The notes beneath the pieces are model-generated. The model searched no databases. It saw nothing but the letters and a program-made list of their open reading frames with translations, and was not told the origin of the DNA. Shown here in pieces: positions 1 to 13,400 of a stretch of 64,000 nucleotides of DNA. This DNA comes from Octopus bimaculoides (taxonomy: Eukaryota). The number at the start of each line of letters is the position of its first letter. Within the stretch, counting starts at the first letter, position 1. The position numbers and the translations under genes were made by a program. The stretch spans positions 30,791,068-30,855,067 of the forward strand of contig NC_068987.1 of the NCBI RefSeq assembly GCF_001194135.2, given 5' to 3'.

Positions 1-997
1 GGTTGGGTGTGAAACTAGATATTAACCATTTTTGCTAACGTCAGTTAATCAATCGCTGAATGTCATTGGTTAGTTTTTTTCGTGATACCATCACTCGATC
101 TGAAAGATCCTGTTTTGCACATGAAAACCTTCCAACTAGGAAGAAAACAATCTGGGTTCAGACAGGGCCAAAGAACTCACACATACATACATACATACAT
201 ACACACACACACGCATGCATGGAGGTTTAAGTACATGCGCGCCGTTAGGCACATTTGAAGTCCCAGTCAAGTATTTATCTTCTTTATGTTTTACTTCTTT
301 GAGTCGGTGGACTGCGGACATGCTGGGGCACCACATTGGAGGAATTAGTTAAACAAATCGACTTTTTTTTAAAGCCTAGTACTCTCTTTACCAACTGTTA
401 AGCTACGGGGACTCAAACAAACCAATACTGGTTGTCAAGCAGTGAGGGGTGGGGACACACACACACATATATATAATCAAAATTGCTTATTTTGATTATA
501 TATNNNNNNNNNNNNNNNNNNNNNNNNNNNNNNNNNNNNNNNNNNNNNNNNNNNNNNNNNNNNNNNNNNNNNNNNNNNNNNNNNNNNNNNNNNNNNNNNN
601 NNNNNNNNNNNNNNNNNNNNNNNNNNNNNNNNNNNNNNNNNNNNNNNNNNNNNNNNNNNNNNNNNNNNNNNNNNNNNNNNNNNNNNNNNNNNNNNNNNNN
701 NNNNNNNNNNNNNNNNNNNNNNNNNNNNNNNNNNNNNNNNNNNNNNNNNNNNNNNNNNNNNNNNNNNNNNNNNNNNNNNNNNNNNNNNNNNNNNNNNNNN
801 NNNNNNNNNNNNNNNNNNNNNNNNNNNNNNNNNNNNNNNNNNNNNNNNNNGAGAGGTAATGAGATCAATAAGTCCCAAAGGTGTCAGGTAATGCTGAGTA
901 AGTGCTATGGACAGACTATAGTTAAACTTCAGGTTCGGTGATTATGTGAAGGAGTCCAACGTAGGTCATATATCAGCATGTGTATATATAAAATTTC

Positions 998-1111
998 TTT
1001 TTGGAATGAGATAAAAATTCAAAGCTGTGAAAGATTTTAGAACATTTATAAATAATATTTATAGATGTTCTAAAATCTTTCATAGCCTTGGATTTTTATC
1101 TCATTCCAAAA

Positions 1112-1112
<1 letters not shown>
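998..1112. repeat. 57-bp inverted repeat with 1-nt spacer and 4 transition mismatches
   Basis: 998-1054 versus 1056-1112; extends imperfectly into the flanking (TA)n. Confidence 0.9.
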
Positions 1113-1148
<36 letters not shown>

Positions 1149-4109
1149 ACATATATATACATATCCTCTTTCTTAATAGAGCAAACACATAAATTTACCT
1201 GTACAAATCCTTCAACATAATCAGTGTATCTAAGAAATGTTTGTATTTGTGTATTTTCTGCAGCTGGATATTATATAACCTTCAAAGTTACATAAACGAA
1301 TATACTATAGAGGTTGTGAAGTTGTTTCAAAGAAGTCTTAATATTCTATGTCAACATTCTAAAATGGGTGTAGTCACACTCTGATCTAGGTGGGGTGGTA
1401 TATATCTTATTGCTCCAATAATAATGGGTATAAAACAGTAAGTGTATTTTGGGTACTGAGGTTTATAAAATCATCAGTGATCTCGGCATTTCTCTGTACT
1501 TGTTTTAACAATAATAATGTCTGCCAGGTGGGCAGCTGGCTTCTACAACAGATAATATTTGTATTTTATGGTCCCAAGCTACAATATCAGGACAATCATG
1601 TTTTAATTTGTCTGCTATTTTACTTTTAGGTTAGAGTTTTGATCCATCTGTCATGATGTGTTCGTTTTTATTGTTGCTGTTAAGTTTTTATTCCAGATTG
1701 CTATTGTTTTTATATCATACCACACAAGAAGATAGACTAGCAAGGACATTCCATACTCTTACAGTTGACAACTTTTTGGCTTTTGTTTTGGTTTTGCACG
1801 GCCACATTTTTGTCAGCTGATGTTTTTATGCATGAATCTATATACACACAAACATATGAGGTGCATTAAAAAAGTATCTGGCTTTATTTTTCCCACTGAA
1901 AGTAATGCCGCATGGGCAAAATCCTTTGGGAGGAGTTCAAATTCTACCAAGGTTGGGGGTGGGGGTGGCAATGAAAATAAGTATACTGGGGTTGATGTAA
2001 TTGACTTAATCCCTACCCTGAAATTGCTGGCCAAAATTTGAAACCATTATCACAAACAATAATTATACTTAAAAGAGAATTGTTACAAAACTAATTTAAT
2101 CTGTTCTGCTATAGGTACAAAACCTAAAATTTTGGAAGAGGAGACTAATCGATTTCATTGACCCCTCCTGCCACAGTATTTGACAGGTACTTATTTTATC
2201 GATCCAGGAAGGATGAAAAATAAAGTTGACCTTGGAGGAATTTGAACTCAGAATGTAAAGTTGGAAGAAATGCTACTAAGTTTAACTGTGGCTGCGTGGT
2301 AAGAAGTTTGCTTCCCAACCACATGGTTCCACATTCAGTCCTACTACATGGAACCTTGGGTAACTGTCTTCTACAATAGCCCAAAGCCTTTTGAGTGGAT
2401 TTGGTGGACAGAAACCGAAAGAAGCCTGTCATGTATAGTGTGTGTGTGTGTCTTTGTTTGTCCCCCATCACTGCTTGACAACCAGTGTTGGTGTGTTTAT
2501 ATCTCCATAACTTAGCAGTCTGGCAAAAAGTGACTGATAGAATAAGTACCAGGCTTAAAAAAAAAAGTACAGGGGTCGATCTTATTTCTTTATTGCCCAC
2601 AAGGGGCTAAACATAGAGGGGACAAACAAGGACAGACAAAGAGATTAAGTCGATTACATCGACCCAGTGCGTAACTGGTACTTTTATTTATCGACCCCCC
2701 CCACCGAAAGGATGAAAGGTAAAGTTGACCACGGCGGAATTTGAACTCAGAATGTAACGGCAAACGAAATACAGCTAAGCATTTCGCCCGGCGTGCTAAC
2801 GTTTCTGCCAGCTTGCCGTCTTCTGCCAGATCTATTTAACTAAAAGTTCTTCAAGGTAGTGCCCCAGCATGGCCATGGTCTAATNNNNNNNNNNNNNNNN
2901 NNNNNNNNNNNNNNNNNNNNNNNNNNNNNNNNNNNNNNNNNNNNNNNNNNNNNNNNNNNNNNNNNNNNNNNNNNNNNNNNNNNNNNNNNNNNNNNNNNNN
3001 NNNNNNNNNNNNNNNNNNNNNNNNNNNNNNNNNNNNNNNNNNNNNNNNNNNNNNNNNNNNNNNNNNNNNNNNNNNNNNNNNNNNNNNNNNNNNNNNNNNN
3101 NNNNNNNNNNNNNNNNNNNNNNNNNNNNNNNNNNNNNNNNNNNNNNNNNNNNNNNNNNNNNNNNNNNNNNNNNNNNNNNNNNNNNNNNNNNNNNNNNNNN
3201 NNNNNNNNNNNNNNNNNNNNNNNNNNNNNNNNNNNNNNNNNNNNNNNNNNNNNNNNNNNNNNNNNNNNNNNNNNNNNNNNNNNNNNNNNNNNNNNNNNNN
3301 NNNNNNNNNNNNNNNNNNNNNNNNNNNNNNNNNNNNNNNNNNNNNNNNNNNNNNNNNNNNNNNNNGATGATGATGATGATGATGATGATGAATCATCGTC
3401 GTTTAACGTCTGCTTTCCATGCTAGCATGGGTTGGACGATTTGACTGAGGACTGGTGAAACCAGATGGCTACACCAGGCTCCAATCTGATTTGGCAGAGT
3501 TTCTACAGCTGGATGCCCTTCCTAACGCCAACCACTCAGAGAGTGTAGTGGGTGCTTTTACGTGCCACCGGCACGAAGGCCAGTCAGGCGGTACTGGCAA
3601 CGGCCACACTCAAAATGGTGTATTTTATGTGCCAGTCCAGGGGCACTGGCAACGATCTCACTCGAAAGTCCTTACACATGCCGTGGGCACAAGTGCCAGA
3701 AACGCGTCGCTGGGCGGAGTTAAATTACATAAAATATACATTTGCATATGCATGAACATGAAAACATTTTATATACTGAAGTGTCAGTATATTACATAAA
3801 TGGTCTTGCAGTGGAAGGAAATTTTGATGATGAATGTCCCAAATTCTAGGTAAAAACTGCACAAGCAGTGTATCAGATCAGCTTGCACTCTTTGGCTTTG
3901 TTCTAGTTCCAAGATTATTTCCACGCCAATACTAAATATCTTCCAAAGCTACCAAAATACATTGGTACATTAAATTTCTCCACTTTTCATGCTGTGTAGT
4001 TGTGCAGAAAACAGAATATAATCTATTTATAACAATAACAAATTGGACGGAATATGAACCCACATCAGGTATTGTTTACCTATGTTCTTCTAAGTTCTCT
4101 TTTAGCTCC

Positions 4110-4356
4110 TTATAAAACTAGTCTGTCTTCTTCTAGAAGAGCTGTATCCCAAGCAGGATTCATTGCTTTAGAACCATTCTGGTTTAGAGATGCTTGCTCA
4201 AAGCATTGCTTTTTACACTCCATGATGCGATGAAAATCTTTCCATACTTTCATCTGTTTCAAATTGGGAGTATAGTTATCTTGGAGGAATTTCTTCTTTT
4301 CACGCAACTTTTTACCCATGTTTTCCTGTTCTTTGATTTTCCTTTGGTAAATTTCT
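4110..4356 (-). CDS. IFT81: IFT81 final coding exon (247 nt, [20 protein letters not shown]...EEDRLVL*)
   Basis: CATTTTAG| acceptor; TAA at 4112-4110; conserved MECKKQCF and EDRL.L C-terminus. Confidence 0.96.
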
Positions 4357-6687
4357 CTAAAATGACAAATGGAAAATTCATGAAAGATGCCATGCTCTAT
4401 CAAATACAACACAAAACTATATTTATTATTCATTATCAACACTACCAACCACAAATACAGAAACTATAGACTAACTTGCTAGAATTAGCAGTCAAATTTC
4501 CTGTCAATTCAACTGGCAACCCTCTCACAGTGAAGCTAAAAACCTGTTGACCCAAAACTGCCAGTCAATCCCATCAAATAACCATCAACTCTGCTATCTA
4601 TCAGTCAACCCAATGACAATCCTGTCATCCCAGCTATCTACCAATCCTGCCAACCCAGCTATCTGTCAATCTACCTATCTGCCAACACCTGTCAAATCAG
4701 CTACTTACTAACTTTGTCAATCTAGCTATTTGCTGACCCTGTCAACCCAGCTACTTACCAACCCAGTTGTCTACCAGCCCTGTTCACCCAGCTGTCTATC
4801 ACTTAGCTATTTCTAACTGTTTACCAATACTATAATTTACCTCAATGTTTTCTTTTTGTCCTGTGCATCCAGTGATTTGTAAGCTTGAATTTCCTCAGAC
4901 ACTCTCTGCTTCTGTGCTTTGATTATAGCAATCTTTTGACTGAACAAATGGTACCTTGTCTCTTCCACATTGCTCTCATCTCGGTATGCTTGAACTTCCT
5001 ACATGAAAATAGTTCAGAACATCGTCATAATAATATTGTGTTAAAAATCAAAGCTTCAGTGAAGCCAATTTCAGTTGCTATTTTAAAAAATAAAACCACA
5101 AAAGAAAAACAATACAGGTAAAAAAAACAAGCAAATTTTTTATTGTTGCTCAACCAGCTAGAAACAGCAACTAAATCTCCCTCAAATCACACTCTATAGT
5201 TTCAAAAAAGGAAGGACACATTTGAAAATGTAGTGCTAAATAATACATATGTAAAAAAGATAAACGAAAAAGGTTGCTGGAATGAACTCCTAATCAGTCT
5301 GGGGCTGCTGATGTGCCCTCCTGTCGAGGGTGACTGCCATCCACGACCTCTGATCTGAATCTACATTATTAGACGCACATTATGTTAGTTTTATCAGCCA
5401 TACTTTTCTGTGCTGGCTTAGGACATGCTGGAAGATGGTATTAATTTTGGAGTTTTTCTTCTAGACTGATTACATTCACCACAGCTAAGGAGCTCAATCT
5501 ACCCTTACAAAAATTTATTTAACCCATAAATGGGACCCTATTACAATCATCTCATAGGCCTGCTTTATTAAGACAGACCCAGGGTTAAGCAAAACCAATG
5601 ATTCTATATGTCTACACTAAGACATTCCATTATATGAATAAACCATACATTATTTCTAATATCATGGCTGCTAAAATTTTAAACAACACAATTTGAACAT
5701 ACTTGGCTTCGAACCCTTTCAGAATATTTTTCAAGAAATTATGATATAACATTTTCGAAAGAGCTATTTAAAGGAGAAAGGAAACTGTAAGACAACTCCC
5801 AATAGACACTAATGGAGTGAGGGATACAGCAGTAGGAGAAGACTGAAATATGTAGAGAAAGGGATGGGAAAGGAAGAACAATAAATAGTGAAGTAGTGGG
5901 AGGTAAAAAGAAAAAAACATAAGCAGTAGAAGGATGAATTGAAGGGAAGTGGGGAACAATAAACAGTAAAGTGGTAGGAGGTAAAAGGAAGAGTAACAGT
6001 AGAAAGATGAGAGAGGAAAGGAAGAAGAGAAGAAAGACAAAAATCAAAGCAATCAGAAGACTAAGTAAATAAGGAGTAAACTGAATGTAAATGTAGATTA
6101 GACTAATTTTTCTTCCAACACTCATTAAAGATTTACTCATTTCAAATTACCTTAACATATAAGCGCAGGAGTGGCTGTGTGGTAAGTAGCTTGCTTACCA
6201 ACCACATGGTTCCGGGTTCAGTCCCACTGCGTGGCACCTTGGGCAAGTGTCTTCTACTATAGCCTCGGGCCGACCAAAGCCTTGTGAGTGGATTTGGTAG
6301 ACGGAAACTGAAAGAAGCCCGTCATGTTAAAGTCTGTCATACCGGCCATGACGAAGGGAAATAGCCCTGAAACTCGAGTCGCCTTTATATATATATATTT
6401 ATATTTATATATTTATATATTTGATCCTTTATATTGAACACTCAATATTTCATCTACATTCAATACTTTCTTTCATGGTGCCATCCATTTTTATTTTATT
6501 TTATTTTATATTGTATATCATATTATATATTGTATATTCCATATTCTATACCCCACATTAGTTCTGCAGGAATATAAATAAAACATAAAAAACAGACAGT
6601 GTTGGAACTCTTTTAAGCAAAATAATATATTCCTCTATACACAATCATACAAAAAAACCCACCTTTTTTGTATTTATTTTTACTCGC

Positions 6688-6761
<74 letters not shown>

Positions 6762-7096
6762 TTATGTGTTTATCCTCCTAGCATTGCTTGACAGCCNNNN
6801 NNNNNNNNNNNNNNNNNNNNNNNNNNNNNNNNNNNNNNNNNNNNNNNNNNNNNNNNNNNNNNNNNNNNNNNNNNNNNNNNNNNNNNNNNNNNNNNNNNNN
6901 NNNNNNNNNNNNNNNNNNNNNNNNNNNNNNNNNNNNNNNNNNNNNNNNNNNNNNNNNNNNNNNNNNNNNNNNNNNNNNNNNNNNNNNNNNNNNNNNNNNN
7001 NNNNNNNNNNNNNNNNNNNNNNNNNNNNNNNNNNNNNNNNNNNNNNNNNNNNNNCATACAAAAAAACCCACCTTTTTTGTATTTATTTTTACTCGC

Positions 7097-7170
<74 letters not shown>

Positions 7171-8878
7171 TTATGTGTTTATCCTCCTAGCATTGCTTGA
7201 CAGCCGATGCTGGTGTGTTTGTGTCCCTGTAACTTAGCGGTTCGGCAAAAAGATACCAATAGAATAAGTACTAGGCTTACAAAGAATAAGTCCCGGGGTC
7301 GATTTGCTCGACTAAAGGCGCTGCTCCAGCATGGCCGCAGTCAAATGACTGAAACAAGTAAAAAAAGAGTACCTTAATTTTCAATTTCTAACCACAATGC
7401 TGACATGGAATTATGTTGCTTTCAGAACAGGGTACTCCTCTCACGTCTCTTTCCTTCTTTGGTAGAGCTCAGAAGTCTTATCAACACTTTATATTTTGAC
7501 ATGGATTTATGAGACTTTAATAACACGGTACCCACCCCTATTCCACTTCCTTTTCTTGCTGAAATTTGTAGTCTCATTTCAACCCCATCTTATTTTGGTA
7601 TGAAATTATGTTAGTTTGATAACAGGGTGTCCCACCTCTTTCTCATTCTATCATTGGTTGAATTAAGAGGCTTATCTATATTTTAATACTGTGTTATGAA
7701 ATTATGCTTGCTTTAATAACAGGGTACCTACTCCTTTTCATTTTTGTGATAGGATTATATCTACCTTGCCACTGTAAGATGAATGGCAGATGAGTGAAGA
7801 AAGCATAAGGCTACGAAATCTCTTTACTTCTGTCTTGTGAAGGATTTACCAAACTCTTGAGTTGGCGCCATGAGAAAATGCACCCAGAACACACTGTAAA
7901 GTGGCTGGCAACAAGAAGGGTGTCCAACCATAGAAACCAAGCCAAAACGATACATAGAAGCAGTGGCTCCCAATAAGGACTAGGATCATGATGAAGCATC
8001 CAAACCATACCAACATGCAAAGTGGATGTAAAATGATGATTGATGATGATGATGATGACATATGACGTTTAAAATTGATTTTATCCAGGAAAAACCTATT
8101 AAAAAATGTTAATTTCCATAAGGATTATTCAATGAGAATAATCTAAAAAAAGATAACTAGATAACACCAACCACCACCACCACCACCACCTGGCAGAAAT
8201 ATGATTCTGTACATATGAAATACAATGGTTATAAAGATTGTTATAATGTGGTGGACTACATCTCACATAAGTTTTATTACGTTTATCATATAGTGTCTCA
8301 GATCCAGGTACATAACTCTACTTACTCCAATCTCTATTAACTACATTGTCTAAAAATGTTCATCAACTTATCTTATTGAGGTTATCTCCTCTACTTGTAG
8401 ATATTTAGATTTTAAAACTTTTGTAGGAGTCTTTGCTAATTAATTGCTTGAATAATCTTAATCAAAATGCTCTGCTCATTGTTCATATATGACATATGTG
8501 AACCTTACCAAATTTGTTCCAGGTTAGTTGAAAATGAAGTAACAACAGCGTCCATGAGAAAATAGGTTCTTTAAAAAAAATAAATATCTAAAAAAAATAT
8601 AAACTTACTTTTTCAAGCTGAGATCTCTGAGTCTCCAGGTTTGCTGATTGCATATTATAAGCAGATTTCTTTTCTTCATATTCTTGTGTCAAATTCTAAA
8701 GAATAGAATGTCACATTGTTGCAGTTGCTACAAAGTATTTATTTAATCCTCTTTCAAAGGGAAGGCAACTTCAAGAATTTATCTTGTACATTATTTGATA
8801 GACCTTTATTTGTCTTTATTGTCCATATTCATAACACTAGTCACTATGGGTTACTTCATTTGGCTCATTTGTGTTTAT

Positions 8879-8909
<31 letters not shown>

Positions 8910-9126
8910 CGCACAAACGCACGCACACATATATATATAAAGATAAATTTGTATTTAGTAAAATCTAGGTGTATTCCTTATGTAGCACTTGGTCTGGTTT
9001 CCTGGCTATGTGCAGGTTAAGAAGACTGGTATTTAATGTTGCGATTTCATATAAATATAGCCCTATCGTCCATAGTCATTAACCAGCAGACAAAAAATCA
9101 AGAACTATGTGCATGTATCTGTATGT

Positions 9127-9166
<40 letters not shown>

Positions 9167-10092
9167 ATANNNNNNNNNNNNNNNNNNNNNNNNNNNNNNN
9201 NNNNNNNNNNNNNNNNNNNNNNNNNNNNNNNNNNNNNNNNNNNNNNNNNNNNNNNNNNNNNNNNNNNNNNNNNNNNNNNNNNNNNNNNNNNNNNNNNNNN
9301 NNNNNNNNNNNNNNNNNNNNNNNNNNNNNNNNNNNNNNNNNNNNNNNNNNNNNNNNNNNNNNNNNNNNNNNNNNNNNNNNNNNNNNNNNNNNNNNNNNNN
9401 NNNNNNNNNNNNNNNNNNNNNNNNNNNNNNNNNNNNNNNNNNNNNNNNNNNNNNNNNNNNNNNNNNNNNNNNNNNNNNNNNNNNNNNNNNNNNNNNNNNN
9501 NNNNNNNNNNNNNNNNNNNNNNNNNNNNNNNNNNNNNNNNNNNNNNNNNNNNNNNNNNNNNNNNNNNNNNNNNNNNNNNNNNNNNNNNNNNNNAAAACTG
9601 AGACTCCAACAGATAGCATTACTTGTAACTCACAAAGGCAAAAACAAGAACATTGTTTTTTCTTCTTGTTTTTGCCTTTGTGAGTTACAAGTAATGCTAT
9701 CTGTTGGAGTCTCAGCTTTTTTTAGCTGCTATTTCTGAACTTCGGTATGTGGTGAAGCAAATGCTTGCTGATCCCTTAATTATGTTTATATATATATTCT
9801 AAACATTATGTAATGTAAAGGAGCTTCTACTAACCTTACATTCCTCCCGAAGAGACCTTAAGTTTTCAATGACAGGGGCCAGAGTTTCCTTTTTCTCTCC
9901 GATTTTCCCAGTCAGTACATGTATCATGTGAGACATGTCTTCTAATTGCTTGTCCTTCATTTCATCAAATTCACTTTTCAAAGTAGAAACTTTTTCAAGT
10001 TCTTCTTGGGTTTTCCAATAGCCAGAAACTCCCTTATTTGTCTCCAGATGAGTCTAGAAGGTGATAGAGATATATATCAGTTTCATGTGTAA

Positions 10093-10135
<43 letters not shown>

Positions 10136-10427
10136 TATACATACATACATACAGGGTGATTCAAAACTCACCATACATAGGAAAAGTTTTTTTTTTATAA
10201 GAAACAGTTAAATAAAAAAAAACTGTTTCTTATAAAAAAAATAAATTGTTCTTATGTATGGCGACTTTCGAATCACCCTGTATATAGTAACAGAAATATA
10301 TTGGTTTCATTCACATGTATAAACATTAGAAAAAAGAGAAAAGAAANNNNNNNNNNNNNNNNNNNNNNNNNNNNNNNNNNNNNNNNNNNNNNNNNNNNNN
10401 NNNNNNNNNNNNNNNNNNNNNNNNNNN

Positions 10428-10459
<32 letters not shown>

Positions 10460-13400
10460 ATATGTTTGTGTGTCTGTGTTTGTCTCCCCAACATCGCTTG
10501 ACAACTGATGGTGATGTGTTTACGTCCCCGTAACTTAGCGGTTCGGCAAAAGAGACCAATAGAATAAGTACTAGGCATCCAAAGAATAAGTCCTGGGGTT
10601 GATTTGCTTGACTAAAGGCGGTGCTCCAGCATGGCCACAGTCAAATGACTGAAACAAGTAAAAGAGTAAAAGAGAATATACAGAAAAGGCTACAGTAGAA
10701 GACACCTGCTGAAGGTGCCATGCAGTGGGAGTGAACACGGAACCATGTGGTTGGGAAGCGATCTTCTTACCATACAGCCACCATGGACACAGTTCAATGG
10801 TTGAAAAGAATTTAAGAGAAATAATTTCTAACATCAGTTGACTAAATTTTTAAAATAATTTTCGAGCGAGATCGTTGCCAGTGCCCCTGGACTGGCTCTT
10901 GTGCGGGTGGCACATAAAATACACCATTTTGAGCGTGGCTGTTGCCAGTACCGCCTGACTAGCCTTCGTGCGGGTGACACGTAAAAGCACCCACTACACT
11001 CTCGGAGTGGTTGGCGTTAGGAAGGGCATCCAGCTGTAGAAACTCTGCCAAATCAGATTGGAGGCTGGTGTTGCCATCTGGTTTCACCAGTCCTCAGTCA
11101 AATCGTCCAACCCATGCTAGCATGGAAAGCGGACGTTAAACGACGATGATGATGATGATGATAATGATGACGAATTGTTGAAGTTTAGCCAAGAAGAAGT
11201 GATTGTACCCTTGACCTTCACAAACCATCTGAGATTGTAGAAGGTGCTGTACTCATTACCTCTGTAAGTCCTCTGACACTGGTCACTTGATGTTGTTGTT
11301 GATACCCATTTAGATTAACTTGCAATATGGTGTCTGTTGGAAAAACTTGGGAAGGGAATTTCAAAGAGTTAACATTCAGGGAAGGATGGACTGAGCATGG
11401 TGATTGGTACAGGAGCAGTGAGTTTTCACTGCTGTCGTTGAAAGCAACTAGGTTATGATGCTTTCAAGGTACAGAGAAATCTTGATTGAGAAGTGACTGA
11501 AAGAAGGATCCTGTAAAGTCGGTACTGATTCTATTGGCAAGATACCATAAGAACAGCAACAATTTTGGGATAAGAGAGGTTGTAGGTTGTGTGATGCACA
11601 AAAAGAGTATATATTGGTTTCAAATTTTGGCACAAGGCCAGGAATTTCAGAGGTGGGAGTAAGTCAATTACATCAACCCCCAACCCTGAAAGGAAGAAAG
11701 GCAAAGAGAGCCTTGGCAGAATTTGAACTCAGAATGCAAAGATGAATGAAACACCACTAAGCGTTTTGCTTGGCATGCTAACATTTCTGCTGGCTCACCA
11801 CCCTTGATAATGATTCTATATATAGCGTTGCCAGTGCCCCTGAACTGGCTCTTGTGGGGGTGGCACATAAAATACACCATTTTGAGCGTGGCCGTTGCCA
11901 GTACCGCCTGACTGGCCTTTGTGCGGGTGACAAGTAAAAGCACCCACTACACTCTCTGAGTGGTTGGCATTAGGAAGGGCATCCAGCTGTAGAAACTCTG
12001 CCAAATCAGATTGGAGCCTGGTGTAGCCATCTGGTTTCACCAGTTTTCAGTCAAATCGTCCAACCCATGCTAGCATGGAAAGTGGACATTAAACGATGAT
12101 GATGATGATGATAACCTTGAGAAGGATCAGCATTCTATAATCAAATGCACAAAATAAGTTTCATTATAGGTGCAGATGTGGCTATGTGGTAAGAATCTTG
12201 TTTGCTTTCCAACCACATGATTCCGGGTTCAGTCCCACTGTGTGACACCTTGGGCAAGAATCTTTTACTATAACCTTGTGCCAACCAAAACCTTGTAAGC
12301 GGGTTTGGTGCATGGAAACTGAAAGAAGACCATCAGATGTATGTATGTATGTATGTATGTATGTATGTATTTATGTCTGTGTTTGTCCTCCACCACCACT
12401 TGACAACTGGTGTTGGTGTGTTTACATCCCTGTAACTTAACGGTTCAGTAAAAAAGACTGATAGAATAAGTGCCAAGCTTAACAAAAAGTAATGGGATCA
12501 ATTCATTTGACTAAAATTCTTCAAGGCAGTACCCCCAGCATGGCCACCGTCTAATGACTGAAACAAGTAAAAGATAAAAGAGACAGAAGAGATATAACTA
12601 TAGTATATCAGAATGTTTGTAGTAAAACAACAGAAGGTATTCAGTCCCTAATTAAATGAAATGAGTGAATAACTTTAGAAATAACTTACCAACTGTTCAT
12701 TGCTGAGACCAAGTTTATGAGAGAGGATCTCCTCTGTGCGAGAAAGGACCCCATGCTCAACTTTGATCTCTTCTAGTTCAAATTTCTTCTTTTTATGCAA
12801 ATTACTTTTAGATCTGAGCTTGTTGACAAACATCATGTACTAGAAAAGATAGCAGTACCCAAACATCATATAAGCTACAAGATAGCGATACTTGAAAAAT
12901 GTATTGTGAGAGATAATAATACCGAAACATTATGTACTGTAACAGATAGTAATTCTCAAGAATTAAAGTAAAAAAAAAACAGCAATACTGTAATGGATAC
13001 AATATTTAATACTATGTATTTCAAAAGATAGTAATACTGTAACAATATGTATTATAAAAAATTGCAATATGCAAACATTACAATGTGTAACAAAATTTTT
13101 ATTTTATTTTGTCTTTGGCCAGTAAATGTTATTTCTTATTTTCTTCTATCTAAAAAGCATAGGGAATGACAACTATTTGCTTTTATGACCTAGTCATCAT
13201 TGTTTTGAAACTGATTTCTTTTCCATTACACAAAACTCGGCTTGCGAAGACCTGTTGGAGCAAGCGAAAGCAAAATCATCATGGCACCTGTGCCCAGCGT
13301 CGCCTCCCTGGCACTTGTGTCGGATAGCATGTGTAAAGACATTTGAGCGAGATCGTTGCCAGTGCCGCCGAACTGGCTCCTGTGCAGGTGGCACATAAAA

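Noticed and set aside
413-941. Long ORFs made mostly of X (also at 2.9, 6.8, 9.1, 14.7, 23.1, 45.3, 52.3, 55.4 and 58.4 kb)
   Set aside because: They span assembly N-gaps; the lack of stops is an artefact.
3455-3799. Recurrent [33 protein letters not shown] ORFs (also 11816, 13226, 53674, 55170)
   Set aside because: Antisense reading of the non-coding RTE 3' UTR repeat, not a gene family.
6640-7205. Apparent direct repeat of about 155 bp on both sides of the 6797-7054 gap
   Set aside because: Near-identical sequence flanking a gap is most simply overlapping contig ends that failed to merge.
8509-8608. Strong alternative donor TTG|GTAAGG 100 nt downstream of IFT81 exon 12
   Set aside because: Use would add an immediate in-frame stop, and such motifs arise often by chance; no evidence without RNA data.
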